From an uncultured Chromatiales bacterium (lineage in GTDB: Bacteria > Pseudomonadota > Gammaproteobacteria > Poriferisulfidales > Poriferisulfidaceae), in assembly GCA_964602805.1 (NCBI GenBank), contig CAZRSJ010000004.1, positions 1,604 to 65,603 on the forward strand: 64,000 nt of DNA. The letters are read 5' to 3'. The notes beneath the pieces were generated by a model. The model saw only the letters and a program-made list of their open reading frames with translations, did no database searches and was not told where the DNA came from. This document shows, in pieces, positions 60,252 through 64,000 of this stretch (within the stretch, counting starts at the first letter, position 1; each line of letters opens with the position of its first letter). A program made the translations under genes and the position numbers.

Positions 60252-61462
60252 GTGATTTTTTCCAGAACGGGCAGATCGTCACGCTGCACGATCTGGCGGG
60301 ACGCCCCACCGAGGAATTCGAGGCGGAACTGCTTAAATTCTCTCAAGACCGCCCGCTGGGGCTGGTGCTGCCCTCCCTGTATTCGGAACTGGAGGGGCCG
60401 GCGCTTGGCCGGATCATCGAAGAACTGGCGCAAGTCGAATACCTGAACGAGATTGTAATCGGCCTGGATGCGGCCGATGCGGAGCAGTTCAAACGGGCGC
60501 GAGACTTCTTCTCCCGCCTGCCGCAGCCCCATCACGTGCTTTGGAACGACGGCCCCAGGCTGCGGGCGCTGGCGGATGAACTGGAGGCGCGGGGTTTGGC
60601 GCCGACCCAGCAAGGAAAAGGACGCAACGTCTGGTTCTGTTTCGGATACGTGCTGGCATCCGACCGGGCAAAAGCCCTGGCATTGCACGACTGCGACATC
60701 ACCACGTACGATCGCCGCCTGCTGGCGCGGCTGATTTATCCGGTTGCGAACCCGAGCTTCAGTTTCGCGTTTTGCAAGGGTTATTATTCGCGCATCTCCG
60801 GGCAGGAGTTGAAGGGACGGGTAGCGCGATTGCTGGTGGCACCGCTGCTGCGTGCCCTTGGCAAGGTGTTCGGACCGCACGATTTCGTCGAGTACATCGA
60901 CAGCTTCCGCTATCCGCTGGCCGGGGAGTGCTCGTTGCGTACCCATGTGCTCAAGGACTTGTACCTGCCGGATGACTGGGGCCTGGAGATCGGCCTGCTC
61001 GCCGAGGTCCGGCGCATGTACTCAAGTCGGCGCATCTGCCAGATCGACATCGCGGACCTGTACGACCACAAGCACCAGCAGGTGGGAGAGGCTGATGCGC
61101 GATCGGGGCTGTCGAAGATGAGTGCAGACATCTGCAAGGCCGTCTTCAGGAAGATGGCGATCGAGGGCGAGGTGTTCTCCGAAGGCGTATTCCGCAGCCT
61201 CAAGGCGGCCTATCTCAGGGAAGCACTGGACCTGATCGAGCGCTACCAGAGCGATGCCATCACCAACGGGCTGAACCTGGATCGGGATGCGGAGGAGCAG
61301 GCGGTGGAACTATTCGCCAGCAACCTGCTGAAGGCCGGGGAAGATTTTATGGCGCATCCGATGGAAAGCCCGTACGTCCCGAGTTGGCGCCGGGTTCGTT
61401 CGGCCATTCCGGATTTCATGCAACGCCTGGAAGTGGCCGTGGAAGAGGACAATCAGGCGTAA
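60248..61462 (+). CDS. mannosyl-/glucosyl-3-phosphoglycerate synthase family glycosyltransferase (GT-A, MpgS/GpgS-like)
   Basis: 404 aa. Its GKGRNVWFCFGY and HDCDITTYDRRLLARL segments parallel the GKGDGMNTAL / YDADITSF substrate and metal motifs of MpgS/GpgS enzymes. Operon with the HAD phosphatase. Confidence 0.55.
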   Translation: MSDFFQNGQIVTLHDLAGRPTEEFEAELLKFSQDRPLGLVLPSLYSELEGPALGRIIEELAQVEYLNEIVIGLDAADAEQFKRARDFFSRLPQPHHVLWNDGPRLRALADELEARGLAPTQQGKGRNVWFCFGYVLASDRAKALALHDCDITTYDRRLLARLIYPVANPSFSFAFCKGYYSRISGQELKGRVARLLVAPLLRALGKVFGPHDFVEYIDSFRYPLAGECSLRTHVLKDLYLPDDWGLEIGLLAEVRRMYSSRRICQIDIADLYDHKHQQVGEADARSGLSKMSADICKAVFRKMAIEGEVFSEGVFRSLKAAYLREALDLIERYQSDAITNGLNLDRDAEEQAVELFASNLLKAGEDFMAHPMESPYVPSWRRVRSAIPDFMQRLEVAVEEDNQA

Positions 61463-61526
61463 ACGATTGGCAGCCGGACGGCTTCCAATTTCAACTGCGA
61501 CCCGGGCCTGCCCCAGGTCGGTCGGC

Positions 61527-61898
61527 CTATGCGCAGCAGCGATCCGCGTAGTAGTTGTCGCCCTGCGACATCTGGATGAACTGGCAAGGTTCGTCACCTA
61601 CGGTCCAGGCGTCGTGTCCCGGGGGCAACATCATGATGTCGCCTTTGCGGAAAGTCTCTTTTGAACCGTCATCCATCTGGATTTCGATTGCGCCGGAGAT
61701 CACGTACGCGACATGCGGGAGCAGGCAGGATTCCGTTCCGGCGTACTCCTTGAGGTCCACAGACCATCTGGCTCCAGGGTTGAAGGTCACCTTGATGGCC
61801 GTGACCTCGTCGAGTGTGACGACTTGTTTGGAGATTTTCCCGTGGACATCCGGCTTGGCACCGTCGATGTTCGCCTTCATCATGTTAGGCAGTGACAT
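61527..61898 (-). CDS. cupin-domain protein
   Basis: 123 aa. Beta-rich with cupin-like motifs (VDLKEYAGTESCLLPHVAYVISG, MMLPPGHDAW). Lower-GC segment. Confidence 0.6.
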   Translation of the reverse strand: MSLPNMMKANIDGAKPDVHGKISKQVVTLDEVTAIKVTFNPGARWSVDLKEYAGTESCLLPHVAYVISGAIEIQMDDGSKETFRKGDIMMLPPGHDAWTVGDEPCQFIQMSQGDNYYADRCCA

Positions 61899-62102
61899 AT
61901 CCTTACTCCTTTTTTAGTGGAGGGGATTCTTCATCGTACTCCCATGGTGAGCCATGTCAATTCCCAGAACAAGGAACCAAGTTTCCTGTCACGAATTTAC
62001 AGGGTCAGAGTGATTTTTGGGGTGGCAAAAATTCAGATTAACCCTCCCCCGAAATGCGCGGCCCCCCGAAATCTATACGGTCGACCGACGTATTGAGTGA
62101 GA

Positions 62103-63845
62103 TCATGCTTTAGTGGGCAGGGAATATTGGATCAGTGCCGACCTGCCGACAATATCGATAACGCGCACCAGTAACTCGCTTCCATTGGCATCCGTCAGTC
62201 TCAGTTCATCACCAGAGAAAAAATGCACTGGCTGCGCCTGTCCCTCGTTGATGGAGATATTGGAGGCGTAGAGATAGGTGCGATCTAGATTGTCCCGAAT
62301 GGGGTTCAGCCTGCCGGTAAGTCCCGGTAGCGTACCAGTCGCTTCGGCGAAGATGGTGGAGCCCCCATGTGGAAACTCCTTCATCTGTAGGGAAAGGGAA
62401 CACTGCGAGGGAATCCAATCGTATTCCACGTATGCGGCGAATTTGTGCGCCGCCGCGAACACCGTCATCGGAAGTTCGGTTGAATGAAGGTCAAGATGCG
62501 CTTCGCCATACTCGTCCGTCGTTGCTTGCTTCCAGGTTTTGTTGGGAAACAGTGCGAGCACGGTAACTTCGCCCAGAGGCCTGTTGCCACAGCGGACGGT
62601 AACGACCGCGTGAGCCGGGCTGGGTTCCTGCGGCGCGGCCGGAAGGGTGAGGCAGATTTCTGAATCGTCGATCAGCTGGTATACAGGACGTTTCCCGCAC
62701 AGCGCCTGGGTTTCGCGATTGATGATAGGAACCCCATCCCCGCGGTGCTCCATGAAATAAAGCCGGTCTTCAGATCCCGGAGTGCCATCGACCTGCATCC
62801 GTCCGAGCATGGAAGCCAAGGCTTCATTCCGGGTCGCCTGTCTCTGATCCATGCTTTCCAGTTTCAGGTTGTTCGGCAACGTACCGGGCGACTGTATTTC
62901 CAGACGGTCAGCGAACAAGGACAGTCGAACCTTGCTGTGCCGCATCGTGTAGTCGCGGTGTACCACTGCATTGACGGCTGCTTCGAACACCGCTTTTGAA
63001 CTGTATTCGGGAGTCTCTACACGCGCGGGATCCTTGCGGGCCGCGACGCGCATGTTGCGCATCACGAAAGCGACCGATTCGTAAATCTGCCGGTTCAATG
63101 GCCCCGTGATTTCTTGCGCGTCGAACTGGCCGGAGGCGCGGTCTTTTCCTCGATAATGGGTCGCCATTACATAGGCATTGGGAAGGAACTGCTCGGGGTT
63201 CCGGGTGCAAAGCAATATGCCTGCAACCGTGGCCCGGAGGTCGCCTGCCTTGTCCGGTACCAGAAGCGCCAGTTTTTCAAGCGCCGACTCAGGATCTTTT
63301 GCGCCTTCGGCACTGAGCAGGGGCCTCCACAATGATTCGTCCAAGGTGCCGAAGCCGGTCTGCTGCACGGGTTGTTCGTCCGGTGCCGAAAAACGGCCTC
63401 TTCCCCGTTGTTGCGCGAGTCGGGCCTTTTCGTCGCTGTTCATCTTTCTCTTGGAGGATCCAAGCCGGCGATAGCAATGCCCGGAGCTTTCATGCAAGGC
63501 GTAACCTTCGGGCACCTCGACAATCAACAGGAGTTTGCCGTCATATTCTTGATGTATGGTCCTGAAGTCAATCGGAGGCTTGATCTTGTCACGGCAGATT
63601 TCGACCACGAGGCGCTCCAGTTCTTTCGCCTGGGTGCCGGACATGCCCTGCACCGTGCCGTCATCCGCAACCCCTGTCAGCAGGATTCCGCCGCCTCCAT
63701 TTGCAAAGGCAGCAATTTCGTGGGCCAGGTCCTTTTGGCTAGGGCCGCTCAGGGTATCGCCTTTGAACTGGACTTGCTTGAATTCGCGGTGGCTGTCTTC
63801 GCCCAATTGCAGGAGAAGCGCGATATCCGAATTGTCGTAATTCAC
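62103..63845 (-). CDS. Schlafen/AlbA_2 domain plus HATPase_c_4 (COG2865-type) ATP-binding protein with a ~170-aa C-terminal extension
   Basis: N-terminal AlbA_2-like segment (ALLLQLGEDSHREFKQ, IAAFANGGGGILLTGVADDGTVQG). Central region carries the COG2865 C-terminal signature (FEAAVNAVVHRDYT). The last ~170 aa (from about AAPQEPSP onward) match nothing I recognise. GC is about 57% versus about 64% for the bulk. Confidence 0.65.
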   Translation of the reverse strand: MNYDNSDIALLLQLGEDSHREFKQVQFKGDTLSGPSQKDLAHEIAAFANGGGGILLTGVADDGTVQGMSGTQAKELERLVVEICRDKIKPPIDFRTIHQEYDGKLLLIVEVPEGYALHESSGHCYRRLGSSKRKMNSDEKARLAQQRGRGRFSAPDEQPVQQTGFGTLDESLWRPLLSAEGAKDPESALEKLALLVPDKAGDLRATVAGILLCTRNPEQFLPNAYVMATHYRGKDRASGQFDAQEITGPLNRQIYESVAFVMRNMRVAARKDPARVETPEYSSKAVFEAAVNAVVHRDYTMRHSKVRLSLFADRLEIQSPGTLPNNLKLESMDQRQATRNEALASMLGRMQVDGTPGSEDRLYFMEHRGDGVPIINRETQALCGKRPVYQLIDDSEICLTLPAAPQEPSPAHAVVTVRCGNRPLGEVTVLALFPNKTWKQATTDEYGEAHLDLHSTELPMTVFAAAHKFAAYVEYDWIPSQCSLSLQMKEFPHGGSTIFAEATGTLPGLTGRLNPIRDNLDRTYLYASNISINEGQAQPVHFFSGDELRLTDANGSELLVRVIDIVGRSALIQYSLPTKA

Positions 63846-64000
63846 AGCAACACCGGATCCTTAAAGTGCAGACAAGCCGTTATTGTAGAACCCCCGTATT
63901 CCCAACACGCAATGTTTGGCTCTGTTTGAATCGCACGCATGTTTCATTTTCGCTGTTTTGGCTTACCCTTTCTTTCTGATTCCAACGGTGAATACATCTT

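Noticed and set aside
1-64000. CRISPR arrays, insertion sequences, transposases and rRNA.
   Set aside because: No regularly spaced repeats, inverted terminal repeats with transposase ORFs, or rRNA-like conserved segments were seen anywhere in the window.

Overview
High-GC (about 63-65%) proteobacterial chromosomal segment. Gene content (acs, a complete serine-cycle block, an Ftr/FhcD-like formyltransferase, a tkt-gap-pgk-pyk-fba block) fits a methylotroph or methanotroph of the Methylococcus type, but I cannot confirm the organism from sequence alone.

Layout, left to right:
- 1-800: a lower-GC edge carrying a small membrane-protein gene.
- 800-8500: a minus-strand block of RND efflux pump (adaptor plus AcrB-like permease) with a trailing secreted protein, then acetyl-CoA synthetase and an outer-membrane beta-barrel protein.
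- 8.5-11.4 kb: Fur-family regulator, tRNA-Thr(CGU), periplasmic cyclophilin, ThiO-like FAD oxidase.
- 11.5-13.9 kb: a C1/folate operon of 5-formyl-THF cyclo-ligase, Ftr/FhcD-family formyltransferase and FolD; then tRNA-Glu(CUC).
- 14.3-23.3 kb: a contiguous serine-cycle cluster, sga-mcl-mtkA-mtkB-hprA-ppc-mtdA.
- 24.1-30.9 kb: a central-carbon block, tkt-gap-pgk-pyk-fba (class I).
- 30.9-39.2 kb: an orphan 2Fe-2S/FAD/NAD reductase, GcvH-like protein, orphan S24 (UmuD/LexA-like) peptidase, dihydroorotase, a ferredoxin-bfd-bfr iron-storage trio, an OlsB-like N-acyltransferase, pcnB, and an apparent FolK-deoxynucleoside-kinase fusion.
- 39.1-53.2 kb: panB and panC, then an inserted ~12 kb polyketide locus, then panD. 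The PKS locus is a divergent lower-GC alpha/beta-hydrolase plus discrete ACP, opposite a 3442-aa type I PKS with domain order KS-AT-DH-cMT-ER-KR-ACP-KS-AT*. The terminal AT* is truncated and has its active-site Ser replaced by Asp.
- 53.2-57.7 kb: a second PEP carboxylase, then an AbiEi/AbiEii (type IV toxin-antitoxin / abortive-infection) pair.
- 57.9-61.5 kb: pgi followed by a mannosyl/glucosyl-3-phosphoglycerate phosphatase and synthase-like pair (compatible-solute module).
- 61.5-64 kb: a lower-GC right edge with a cupin protein and a Schlafen/AlbA_2-HATPase (COG2865-type) protein.

No CRISPR array, transposase, integrase or rRNA was seen. Many long antisense ORFs in the six-frame track are artefacts of the high GC content.
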